From the NCBI RefSeq assembly GCF_964355755.1, contig NC_092671.1, forward strand, positions 11,780,001-11,844,000: 64,000 nt of DNA, read 5' to 3'. This document shows positions 41,544 to 55,500 of the stretch, in pieces (position 1 is the first letter of the stretch; each line of letters starts with the position of its first letter). The translations under genes and the position numbers were made by a program. The notes below the pieces were generated by a model that was not told where the DNA came from, ran no database searches, and worked only from the letters and a program-made list of their open reading frames with translations. The DNA comes from Antedon mediterranea. Taxonomy: Eukaryota > Animalia > Echinodermata.

Positions 41544-44500
41544 CTAGACATGTAACTCGTCACTTTGACGAGTTTGGTTATCCGCCGCGCAAGTGGTGCA
41601 ACATTAACATTAAAGGGATAGGTTGAGGACAAAAGGAAGTGTTCACGTTGGCATTATGACCTGAACTGAAGAATATGATATGTTGTTATTGCTGAATTTT
41701 ATTATTTAAATTCATATATAGTATACACAGTATAATCTGTATCCATATCACATACAGTGTAGACTAGGTGAAATTACGGGACCCGCTATTTATTGCAATT
41801 TTTAACATGTTGACGGTTTTAAAATGAAACGCGAAGTTAGCAATTCCGAAAGGAAATTATCTCAGCAACAACGTATTAGCGTGTAGAAGAAATTTGAATA
41901 CGTTAAATATTGATGCGCGCTCTTTTAAATGTAATGAATTATGACGCAAAAGATGAAAATACGACCTTTTTTATTTAACTGGCCATATGATGACGTCACA
42001 ACATCCGATTGGCAACATTTTTACATAATTTCGTATCTACAATCCAATAGCTTCCAGGAAGAGTTTTAATCGTGATTATCACATTTTATTCTTACGAGCT
42101 ATAACAGATTAAAATTTACTGTAAAGATGAAATTAATGCCACACGTGATTTAAATTTTTAGGCATGATGACGTCAAAAAAATTTAAATATTTTTAACTCA
42201 TGCGAAAGATAGTTGATTGACCTAGACAATATCAAAATCGGGGTGAAAATAGAAAACGGATAAGTGGAGATGCGCTCTATTCAATGTGATGAGCTATGAC
42301 GAAAGATACAAAAATCCTAAATTTTATATTCGCGTGGCCATACGATGACGTCACAATGTCCGGTTAGCCATATTAATACCTGATCCGATATCTACAACTC
42401 ATCTACTTCTAGAATATGTCATCCACAAAAAATTGACCGTCTAGTTTAGAAATTACGACTGTTTAAAAAAAGGCATATTTTAAACGAATTTTTTTAACCT
42501 TTTCATAAAAAACGCGCGCAAATTGTCCAATTCGACGTGCTCGTATGACGTATCTTTAAGTCGAAATTGTTTAAAATTTGGTAAAATTACTAGAAAAGGC
42601 TGGAAAAACATAAATCAAGCGAAAAAAATACGTTTTCAATGCTACGTGCGCACCGCACACGTAAAAATGTGCGCACGCGTGGGAATTTTTAACATGCTTA
42701 AAACGACATGAAACGCGTAGATAGTTGATTAGAAATTAATTTTGCGCATTTTGAAATTTTAAATGCGCGTGCGCGCGTAACTTTGTGTAAAACACGGACT
42801 TTTTTTTCAACAGAAAGTTAGCGCATGATATAAATTAAACTTTTGCAAAGTTTCAAGTTGAAATGTTATTTGGTTGTCGAGCTATGTTAAATACGACAAA
42901 ATCGTTAAATCGCGCGTAAGTCACGTTGCGCAATTGTAAACGTCATGAAAAGCTTCGCTTGACGACGTTACGTAAATGTCAATATGTTAAGATAGTTACC
43001 GAAATGTTATGTTTGCGAGTTTTAGAGAAAAGCGTTACACAAAAATCATACAGAATGATTTCGTACAATCACAAGAGGTTATCCTGCAACTTCGTTGCGG
43101 ATAACCAACTAGACATGTAACTCGTCACTTTGACGAGTTTGGTTATCCGCCGCGCAAGTGGTGCAACATTAACATTAAGGGGATAGGTTGAGGACAAAAG
43201 GAAGTGTTCACGTTGGCATTATGACCTGAACTGAAGAATATGATATGTTGTTATTGCTGAAATTTATTGTTTAAATTCATATATACTGTAGTATACACAG
43301 TATAATCTGTATCCATATCACATACAGTGTAGAATAGGTGAAATTACGGGACCCGCTATTTATTGCAATTTTTAACATGTTGACGGTTTTAAAATGAAAC
43401 GCGAAGGTAGCAATTCCGAAAGGAAATTATCTCAGCAACAACGTATTAGCATGTAGAAGAAATTTGAATACGTGAAATATTGATGCGCGCTCGTTTAAAT
43501 GTAATGAATTATGACGCAAAAGATGAAAATACGACCTTTTTTATTTAACTGGCCATATGATGACGTCACAACATCCGATTGGCAACATTTTTACATAATT
43601 TCGTATCTACAGTCCAATAGCTTCCAGAAAAAGTTTTAATCGTGATTATCACATTTTATTCTTACGAGCTATAACAGATTAAAATTTACTGTAAAGATGA
43701 AATTAATGCCACACGTGATTTAAATTTTTAAGCACGATGACGTAAAAAAAATTAAAATATTTTTAACTCATGCGAAAGATAGTTGATTGACCTAGACAAT
43801 ATCAAAATCGGGGTGAAAATGGAAAACGGATAAGTGGAGATGCGCTCTATTCAATGTGATGAGCTATGACGAAAGATACAAAATCCTAAATTTTATATTT
43901 GCGTGGCCATACGATGACATCACAATGTCCGGTTAGCCATATTAATACCTGATCCAATATCTACAACTCATCTACTTCCAGAAAATGCCATCCACAAAAA
44001 GTTGACCGTTTAGTTTAGAAATTACGACTGTTTTAAAAAAGGCATATTTTAAACGAATTTTTTAACGTTTTCATAAAAAACGCGCGCAAATTGTCCAATT
44101 CGACGTGCTCGTATGACGTATCTTTAAGTCAAAATTGTTTAAAATTTGGTAAAATTACTAGAAAAGGCTGGAAAAACATAAATCACGCGAAAAAAATACG
44201 TTTTCAATGCTACGTGCGCTCCGCACACGTAAAAATGTGCGCATGCGTGGGAATTTTTGACATGCTTAAACCGACATGAAACGCGTAGAAAGTTGATTAG
44301 AAATTAATTTTGCGCATTTTGAAATTTTAAATGCGCGTGCGCGCGTAACTTTGTGTAAAACACGCAATTTTTTTTCAACAGAAGGTTAGCGCATGATATA
44401 AATTAAACTTTTGCAAAGTTTCACTTTAAAATGTTATTTGGTTTTCGACATATGTTAAATACGAGAAAATCGTTAAATCGCGCGTACGTCACGTTGCGCG

Positions 44501-47500
44501 ATTGTAAACATCATGAAAAGCTTCGCTTGACGACGTTACATAAATGTCAAAATGTTAACATAGTTAACAAAATGTTATGTTTGCAAGTTTTAGAGAAAAG
44601 CGTTACACAAAAATCATACAGAAAGAAAGAAGATTAAGAAAAAGATGACTAGACATGTAACTCGTCACTTTGACGAGTTTGGTTATCCGCCGCGCAAGTG
44701 GTGCAACATTAACATTAAGGGGATAGGTTGAGGACAAAAGGAAGTGTTCACGTTGGCATTATGACCTGAACTGAAGAATATGATATGTTGTTATTGCTGA
44801 ATTTTATTATTTAAATTCATATATAGTATACACAGTATAATCTGTATCCATATCACATACAGTGACATACAGTGTAGAATAGGTGAAATTACGGGACCCG
44901 CTATTTATTGCAATTTTTAACATGTTGACGGTTTTAAAATGAAACGCGAAGGTAGCAATTCCGAAAGGAAATTATCTCAGCAACAACGTATTAGCGTGTA
45001 GAAGAAATTTGAATACGTGAAATATTGATGCGCGCTCTTTTAAATGTAATGAATTATGACGCAAAAGATGAAAATACGACCTTTTTTATTTAACTGGCCA
45101 TATGATGACGTCACAATATCCGATTGGCAACATTTTTACATAATATCGTATCTACAATCCAATAGCTTTCAGAAAAAGTTTTAATCGTGATTATCACATT
45201 TTATTCTTACGAGCTATAACAGATTAAAATTTACTGTAAAGATGAAATTGATGCCACACGTGATTTAAATTTTTAGGCATGATGACGTCAAAAAAATTTA
45301 AATATTTTTATCTCATGCGAAAGATAGTTGATTGACCTAGACAATATCAAAATCGGGGTAAAAATGGAAAACGAATAAGTGGAGATGCGCTCTATTCAAT
45401 GTGATGAGCTATGACGAAAGATACAAAAATCCTAAATTTCATATTCGCGTGGCCATACGATGACGTCACAATGTCCGGTTAGCCATATTAATACCTGATC
45501 CGATATCTACAACTCATCTACTTCCAGAATATGTCATCCACAAAAAGTTGACCGTCTACTTTAGAAATTACGACTGTTTTAAAAAATGCATATTTTAAAC
45601 GAATTTGTTAACCTTTTCATAAAAAACGCGCGCAAATTGTCCAATTCGACGTGCTCGTATGACGTATCTTAAAGTCGAAATTGTTTAAAATTTGGTAAAA
45701 TTACTAGAAAAGGCTGGAAAAACATAAATCACGCGAAAAAAATACGTTTTCAATGCTACGTGCGCACCGCACACGTAAAAATGTGCGCACGCGTGGGAAT
45801 TTTTTACATGCTTAAAACGACATGAAACGCGTAGAAAGTTGATTATAAATTAATTTTGCGCATTTTGAAATTTTAAATGCGCGTGCGCGCGTAACTTTGT
45901 GTAAAACACGCAATTTTTTTTCAACAGAAATTTAGCGCATGATATAAATTAAACTTTTGCAAAGTTTCACTTTAAAATGTTATTTGGTTTTTGACATATG
46001 TTAAATACGAGAAAATCGTTAAATCGCGCGTACGTCACGTTGCGCAATTGTAAACATCATGAAAAGCTTCGCCTGACGACGTTACATAAATGTCAAAATG
46101 TTAACATAGTTAACAAAATGTTATGTTTGCAAGTTTTAGAGAAAAGCGTTACACAAAAATCATACAGAAAGAAAGAAGATTAAGAAAAAGATGATGATGA
46201 TTTCGTACAATCACAAGAGGTTATCCTGCAACTTCGTTGCGGATAACCAATGATGATTTCGTACAATCACAAGAGGTTATCCTGCAACTTCGTTGCGGAT
46301 AACCAACTAGACATGTAACTCGTCACTTTGACGAGTTTGGTTATCCGCCGCGCAAGTGGTGCAACATTAACATTAAGGGGATAGGTTGAGGACAAAAGGA
46401 AGTGTTCACGTTGGCATTATGACCTGAACTGAAGAATATGATCTGTTGTTATTGCTGAATTTTATTATTTAAATTCATATATAGTATACACAGTATAATC
46501 TGTATCCATATCACATACAGTGTAGAATAGGTGAAATTACGGGACCCGCTATTTATTGCAATTTTTAACATGTTGATGGTTTTAAAATGAAACGCGAAGT
46601 TAGCAATTCCGAAAGCAAATTATCTCAGCAACAACGTATTAGCATGTAGAAGAAATTTGAATACGTGAAATATTGATGCGCGCTCGTTTAAATGTAATGA
46701 ATTATGACGCAAAAGATGAAAATACGACCTTTTTTATATAACTGGCCATATGATGACGTCACAACATCCGATTGGCAACATTTTTACATAATTTCGTATC
46801 TAAAATTCAATAGCTTCCAGAAAAAGTTTTAATCGTGATTATCACATTTTATTCTTACGAGCTATAACAGATTAAAATTTACTGTAAAGATGAAATTAAT
46901 GCCACACGTGATTTAAATTTTTAGGCATGATGACGTCAAAAAAATTAAAATATTTTTAACTCATGCGAAAGATAGTTGATTGACCTAGACAATATCAAAA
47001 TCGGGGTGAAAATGGAAAACGAATAAGTGGAGAGGCGCTCTATTCAATGTGATGACCTATGACGAAAGATACAAAAATCCTAAATTTTATATTCGTGTGG
47101 CCATACGATGACGTCACAATGTCCGGTTAGCCATATTAATACCTGATCCGATATCTACAACTCATCAACTTCCAGAATATGTCATCCACAAAAAGTTGAC
47201 CGTGTAGTTTAGAAATTACGACTGTTTAAAAAAAGGCATATTTTTAACGGAATTTTGAACTTTTTCATCAAAAACACGCGCAAATTGTCCAATTCGACGT
47301 GCTCGTATGACGTAACTTTAAGTCGAAATTGTTTAAAATTTGATAAAATTACTAGAAAAGGCTGGAAAAACATAAATCACGCGAAAAAAATATGTTTTCA
47401 ATGCTACGTGCGCACCGCACACGTAAAAATTTGCGCACGCGTGGGAATTTTTTACATGCTTAAAACGACATGAAACGCGTAGAAAGTTGATTAGAAATTA

Positions 47501-50500
47501 ATTTTGCGCATTTTGAAATTTTAAATGCGCGTGCGCGCGTAACTTTGTGTAAAACACGCAATTTTTTTTCAACATAAAGTTAGCGCATGATATAAATTAA
47601 ACTTTTGGAAAGTTTCAATTTGAAATGTTATTTGGTTTTCGACCTATGTTAAATACGAGGAAATCGTTAAATCACGCGTAAGTCACGTTGCGCAATTGTA
47701 AACGTCATGAAAAGCTTCGCAGCACATCTTCATGTGCATGACGATATGTTGAGAAAGTTACAAAATGTTATGTTTACAAGTTTTAGAGAAAAGCGTTCCA
47801 CAAAAATCATACAGAAAGAAAGAAGATCAAGACTAGACATGTAACTCGTCACTTTGACGAGTTTGGTTATCCGCCGCGCAAGTGGTGCAACATTAACATT
47901 AAGGGGATAGGTTGAGGACAAAAGGAAGTGTTCACGTTGGCATTATGACCTGAACTGAACAATATGATATGTTGTTATTGCGGAATTTTATTATTTAAAT
48001 TCATATATAGTATATACACAGTATAATCTGTATCCATATCACATACAGTGTAGAATAGGTGAAATTACGGGACCCGCTATTTATTGCAATTTTTAACATG
48101 TTGATGGTTTTAAAATGAAACGCGAAGGTAGCAATTCCGAAAGGAAATTATCTCAGCAACAACGTATTAGCGTGTAGAAGAAATTTGAATACGTGAAATA
48201 TTGATGCGCCCTCTTTTAAATGTAATGAATTATGACGCAAAAGATGAAAATACGACCTTTTTTATTTAACTGGCCATATGATGACGTCACAACATCCGAT
48301 TGGCAACATTTTTACATAATTTCGTATCTACAGTCCAATAGCTTCCAGAAAAAATTTTAATCGTGATTATCACATTTTATTCTTACGAGCTATAACAGAT
48401 TAAAATTTACTGTAAAGATGAAATTAATGCCACACGTGATTTAAATTTTTAGGCATGATGACGTCAAAAAAATTAAAATATTTTTAACTCATGCGAAAGA
48501 TACTTGATTGACCTAGACAAAATCAAAATCGGGGTGAAAATGGAAAACGGATAAGTGGAGATGCGCTCTATTCAATGTGATGAGCTATGACGAAAGATAC
48601 AAAAATCCTAAATTTTATATTCGCGTGGCCATACGATGACGTCACAATGTCCGGTTAGCCATATTAATACCTGATCCGATATCTACAACTCATCTACTTC
48701 CAGAATATGCCATCCACAAAAAGTTGACCGTCTAGTTTAGAAATTACGACTGTTTAAAAAAAGGCATATTTTAAACAAATTTTTTAACCTTTTCATAAAA
48801 AACGCGCGCAAATTGTCCAATTCGACCAGCTCGTATGAGGTATCTTTAAGTCGAAATTGTTTAAAATTTGGTAAAATTACTAGAAAAGGCTGGAAAAATA
48901 TAAATCACGCGAAAAAAGTACGTTTTCAATACTACGTGCGCACCGCACACGTAAAAATGTGCGCACGCGTGGGAATTTTTGACATGCTTAAAACGACATG
49001 AAACGCGTAGAAAGTTGATTATAAATTAATTTTGCGCATTTTGAAATTTTAAATGCGCGTGCGCGCGTAACTTTGTGTAAAACACGCAATTTTTTTTCAA
49101 CAGAAAGTTAGCGCATGATATAAATTAAACTTTTGCAAAGTTTCAAGTTGAAATGTTATTTGGTTGTCGAGCTATGTTAAATACGACAAAATCGTTAAAT
49201 CGCGCGTAAGTCACGTTGCGCAATTGTAAACGTCATGAAAAGCTTCGCTTGACGACGTTACGTAAATGTCAATATGTTAAGATAGTTACCGAAATGTTAT
49301 GTTTGCGAGTTTTAGAGAAAAGCGTTACACAAAAATCATACAGAATGATTTCGTACAATCACAAGAGGTTATCCTGCAACTTCGTTGCGGATAACCAAAA
49401 AAGACTAGACATGTAACTCGTCACTTTGACGAGTTTGGTTATCCGCCGCGCAAGTGGTGCAACATTAACATTAAGGGGATAGGTTGAGGACAAAAGGAAG
49501 TGTTCACGTTGGCATTATGATCTGAACTGAAGAATATGATATGTTGTTATTGCTGAATTTTATTATTTAAATTCATATATAGTATAAACAGTATATTCTG
49601 TATCCATATCACATACAGTGACATACAGTGTAGAATAGGTGAAATTACGGGACCTGCTATTTATTGCAATTTTTATCATGTTGACGGTTTTAAAATAAAA
49701 CGCGAAGGTAGCAATTCCGAAAGGAAATTATCTCAGCAACAACGTATTAGCGTGTAGAAGAAATTTGAATACGTGAAATATTGATGCGCGCTCTTTTAAA
49801 TGTAATGAATTATGACGCAAAAGATGAAAATACGACCTTTTTCATTTAACTGGCCATATGATGACGTCACAACATCCGATTGGCAACATTTTTACATAAT
49901 TTCGTATCTACAATCCAATAGCTTCCAGAAAAAGTTTTAATCGTGATTATCACATTTTATTCTTACGAGCTATAACAGATTAAAATTTACTGTAAAGATG
50001 AAATTGATGCCACACGTGATTTAAATTTTTAGGCATGATGACGTCAAAAAAATTAAAATATTTTTACCTCATGCGAAAGATAGTTGATTGACCTAGACAA
50101 TATCAAAATCAGGGTGAAAATGGAAAACGAATAGGTGGAGATGCGCTCTATTCAATGTGATGAGTTATGACGAAAGATACAAAAATCCTAAATTTTATAT
50201 TCGCGTGGCCATACGATGACGTCACAATGTCCGGTTAGCCATATTAATACCTGATCCGATATCTACAACTCATCTACTTCCAGAATATGTCATCCACAAA
50301 AAGTTGACCGTCTAGTTTAGAAATTACGACTGTTTAAAAAAAGGCATATTTTAAACGAATTTTTTAACCTTTTCATAAAAAACGCGCGCAAATTGTCCAA
50401 TTCGACGTGCTCGTATGACGTATCTTTAAGTCGAAATTGTTTAAAATTTGGTAAAATTGCTAGAAAAGGCTGGAAAAACATAAATCACGCGAAAAAAATA

Positions 50501-50939
50501 CGTTTTCAATGCTACGTGCGCACCGCACACGTAAAAATGTGCGCACGCGTGGGAATTTTTGACATGCTTAAAACGACATAAAACGCGTAGAAAGTTGATT
50601 ATAAATTAATTTTGCGCATTTTGAAATTTTAAATACGCGTGCGCGCGTAACTTTGTGTAAAACACGCAATTTTTTTTCAACAGAAAGTTAGCGCATGATA
50701 TAAATTAAACTTTTGCAAAGTTTCACTTTAAAATGTTATTTGGTTTTCGACATATGTTAGATACGAGAAAATCGTTAAATCGCGCGTACGTCACGTTGCG
50801 CAATTGTAAACATCATGAAAAGCTTCGCTTGACGACGTTACATAAATGTCAAAATGTTAACATAGTTACCGAAATGTTATGTTTGCGAGTTTTAGAGAAA
50901 AGCGTTACACAAAAATCATACAGAAAGAAAGAAGAAGAA

Positions 50940-52538
50940 CTAGACATGTAACTCGTCACTTTGACGAGTTAGTTATCCGCATGAGAAACGCCACGCACAC
51001 GTCATACGTTGAAATTTTGCGCACAAAAAAATATTATGGCATTATGACCTGAACTGAAGAATGTCATATGCTGTTAGTGCTGAATTCTGTCAATTTTGTG
51101 TCATATAGTATATACAGTATAAACAGTATAATCTGTATGCGTATTACATACAGTGTAGAATAGGTGAAATTACGGGACCCCCCATTTATTCCTATTTTTA
51201 ACATGGCGGCGGTATCAAAATGAAACACTAAGATAGCAATTTTGGAAGCAAATGATCTCATCAACAACATATTACCGTGTAGAAGAAATTTGAATACGTC
51301 AAATATAGATACGCGCTCTTTTAAATGTGATGAACTATGACGCAAATTATGAAAATACGACTTTTTATATTCAACTGGCCATATGATGACGTCACAACAT
51401 CTGATTGGCAAAATGTTCACATGAATTCGTATCTACAATCCAATAGCTTCCATAAAAAGTTTTGATCATGATTATCACTTTTTATTGTGACGAGCTATAA
51501 CAGATTGAAATTTACTGTAAAGATGAAAATAAGTGACCCACGTTATTTACATTTTTAGACATGATGGCGTCATAAAAATTAAAATATTTTTAACTCATGC
51601 GAAAGAAAGGTGATTGACCTAGACAATGTCAAAATCGGGGTGAAAATTGAAAACGGATAAGTAGAGATGCGCTCTATTAAATGTGATGAGCTATGACGAA
51701 AGATACAAAAATCCTATATTTTATATTCACGTGGCCATACGATGACGTCACAATGTCCGGTTAGCCATATTATTACATGATCCGATATCTACACCTCATC
51801 AACTTCAAGAATATGTCATCCACAAAAATTTGACCGTCCAGTTTAGAAATTACAACTGTTTAAAAAAAGGCATAATTTTGACAAATTTTAACGAATTTTT
51901 TAACTTTTTCACCAAAAACCCACGTAAATTATCCAATTCGACGCGCAAGTATGACGTAATTTTAAGTCAAAATCGTTTAAAAGTTGGTAAAATTACTACA
52001 AAAGGCTGGAAAAACATAAATCACGTGAAAAAAATTGTTTTCAACGCTACGTGCGCACGGCGCGCGTAACAAAATGCGCGTGCGTTGGAATTTTTTACCT
52101 GCTCAAAATGACATGAAACGCGTAGAAAGTGGATTAGAAATTGATTTTTCGCATTTTGAAATTTTAAACGCGCGTGCGCGCGTAACTTCGTGTAAAACAA
52201 GCCATTTTTTTTACACAGTCAGTTAGCGCAAGATATAACTTAAACTTTCGTTAAGTTTCAATTTAAATTGTTATATGGTTTTCGATGTATGTTAAATACG
52301 CGAAATTCGTTAAAACACGCGTAAGTCATGTTGTGCAATTCTGACGTCATTCAAAAATAGAAAAGCACAACTTCAGGTGAATACCCATATGTTGACAAAG
52401 TTATGAAATGTTAACTTTACACTTTTTTGAGATATGCTCTGCACAAAAATGACAGAAAGAAAGAATAATACAGAAAAAAAAAAAAGATGATGAAACAGGA
52501 CAGTTACAAGGAGTTATCCGCTGAGTGCGGATAACTAA
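50940..52538 (-). mobile_element. Intact divergent AGTT-subfamily element
   Basis: subTIR TTAGTTATCCGC; cap GATGAAACAGGACAGTTACAAGGAGTTATCCGCTGAGTGCGGATAACTAA. Confidence 0.82.
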
Positions 52539-55500
52539 CTAGACATGTAACTCGTCACTTTGACGAGTTTGGTTATCCGCCGCGCAAGTGGTGCAACATT
52601 AACATTAAGGGGATAGGTTGAGGACAAAAGGAAGTGTTCACGTTGGCATTATGACCTGAACTGAAGAATATGATCTGTTGTTATTGCTGAATTTTATTAT
52701 TTAAATTCATATATAGTATACACAGTATAATCTGTATCCATATCACATACAGTGTAGAATAGGTGAAATTACGGGACCCGCTATTTATTGCAATTTTTAA
52801 CATGTTGATGGTTTTAAAATGAAACGCGAAGTTAGCAATTCCGAAAGCAAATTATCTCAGCAACAACGTATTAGCGTGTAGAAGAAATTTGAATACGTTA
52901 AATATTGATGCGCGCTCTTTTAAATGTAATGAACTATGACGAAAAAGATGAAAATACGACCTTTTTTATTTAACTGGCCATATGATGACGTCACAACATC
53001 CGATTGGCAACATTTTTACATAATTCCATATCTACAATCCAATAGCTTCCAGAAAAAGTTTTAATCGTGATTATCACATTTTATTCTTACGAGCTATAAC
53101 AGATTAAAATTTACTGTAAACATGAAATTGATGCCACACGTGATTTAAATTTTTAGGCATGATGACGTCAAAAAAAATAAAATATTTTTAACTCATGCGA
53201 AAGATAGTTGATTGACCTAGACAATATCAAAATCGGGGTGAAAATGGAAAACGGATAAGTGGAGATGCGCTCTATTCAATGTGATGAGCTATGACGAAAG
53301 ATACAAAAATACTAAATTTTATATTCGCGTGGCCATACGATGACGTCACAATGTCCGGTTAGCCATATTAATACCTGATCCGATATCTACAACTCATCTA
53401 CTTCCAGAATATGTCATCCACAAAAATTTGACCGTCTAGTTTAGAAATTACGACTGTTTAAAAAAAGGCATATTTTAAACGAATTTTTTAACCTTTTCAT
53501 AAAAAACGCGCGCAAATTGTCCAATTCGACGTGCTCGTATGACGTATCTTTAAGTCGAAATTGTTTAAAATTTGGTAAAATTACTAGAAAAGGCTGGAAA
53601 AACATAAATCACGCGAAAAAAATACGTTTTCAATGCTACGTGCGCACCGCACACGTAGAAATGTGCGCACGCGTGGGAATTTTTGACATGCTTAAAACGA
53701 CATGAAACGCGTAGAAAGTTGATTATAAATTAATTTTGCGCATTTTGAAATTTTAAATGTGCGTGCGCGCGTAACTTTGTGTAAAACATGCAATTTTTTT
53801 TCAACAGAAATTTAGCGCATGATATAAATTAAACTTTTGCAAAGTTTCACTTTAAAATGTTATTTGGTTTTCGACATATGTTAAATACGATAAAATCGTT
53901 AAATCGCGCGTACGTCACGTTGCGCAATTGTAAACATCATGAAAAGCTTCGCTTGACGACGTTACATAAATGTCAAAATGTTAACATAGTTAACAAAATG
54001 TTATGTTTGCGAGTTTTACAGAAAAGCGTTACACAAAAATCATACAGAAAGAAAGAAGAAGAACTAGACATGTAACTCGTCACTTTGACGAGTTTGGTTA
54101 TCCGCCGCGCAAGTGGTGAAACATTAACATTAAGGGGATAGGTTGAGGACAAAAGGAAGTGTTCACGTTGGCATTATGACCTGAACTGAAGAATATGATA
54201 TGTTGTTATTGCTGAATTTTATTATTTAAATCCATATATAGTATACACAGTATAATCTGTATCCATATCACATACAGTGTAGAATAGGTGAAATTACGGG
54301 ACCCGCTATTTATTGCAATTTTTAACATGTTGACGGTTTTAAAATGAAACGCGAAGGTAGTAATTCCGAAAGCAAATTATCTCAGCAACAACGTATTAAC
54401 GTGTAGAAGAAATTTGAATACGTGAAATATTGATGCGCGCTCTTTTAAATGTAATGAATTATGACGCAAAAGATGAAAATACGACCTTTTTTATTTAACT
54501 GGCCATATGATGACGTCACAACATCCGATTGGCAACATTTTTACATAATTTCGTATCTACAATCCAATAGCTTCCAGAAAAAGTTTTATTCGTGATTATC
54601 ACATTTTATTCTTACGAGCTATAACAGATTAAAATTTACTGTAAAGATGAAATTACTGCCACACGTGATTTTAATTTTTAGGCATGATGACGTCAAAAAA
54701 ATTAAAATATTTTTAACTCATGCGAAAGATAGTTGATTGACCTAGACAATGTCAAAATCGGGGTGAAAATGGAAAACGGATAAGTGGAGATGCGCTCTAT
54801 TCAATGTGATGAGCTATGACGAAAGATACAAAAATCCTAAATTTTATATTCGCGTGGCCATACGATGTTGTCAAAATGTCCGGTTAGCCATATTAATACC
54901 TGATCCGATATCTACAACTCATCTACTTCCAGAATATCCCATCCACAAAAAGTTGACCTTCTAGTTTAGAAATTACGACTGTTTAAAAAAAGGCATATTT
55001 TAAACGAATTTTTTAACATTTTCATAAAAAACGCGCGCAAATTGTCCAATTCGACGTGCTCGTATGACGTATCTTTAAGTCGAAATTGTTTAAAATTTGG
55101 TAAAATTACTAGAAAAAGCTGGAAAAACATAAATCACGCGAAAAAAAATCGTTTTCCATGCTACGTGCGCACCGCACACGTAAAAATGTGCGCACGCGTG
55201 GGAATTTTTGACATGCTTAAAACGACATGAAACGCGTAGAAAGTTGATTATAAATTAATTTTGCGCATTTTGAAATTTTAAATGCGCGTGCGCGCGTAAC
55301 TTTGTGTAAAACACGCAATTTTTTTTCAACAGAAAGTTAGCGCATGATATAAATTAAACTTTTGCAAAGTTTCACTTTAAAATGTTATTTGGTTTTCGAC
55401 ATATGTTAAATACGAGAAAATCGTTAAATTGCGCGTACGTCACGTTGCGCAATTGTAAACATCATGAAAAGCTTCGCTTGACGACGTTACATAAATGTCA

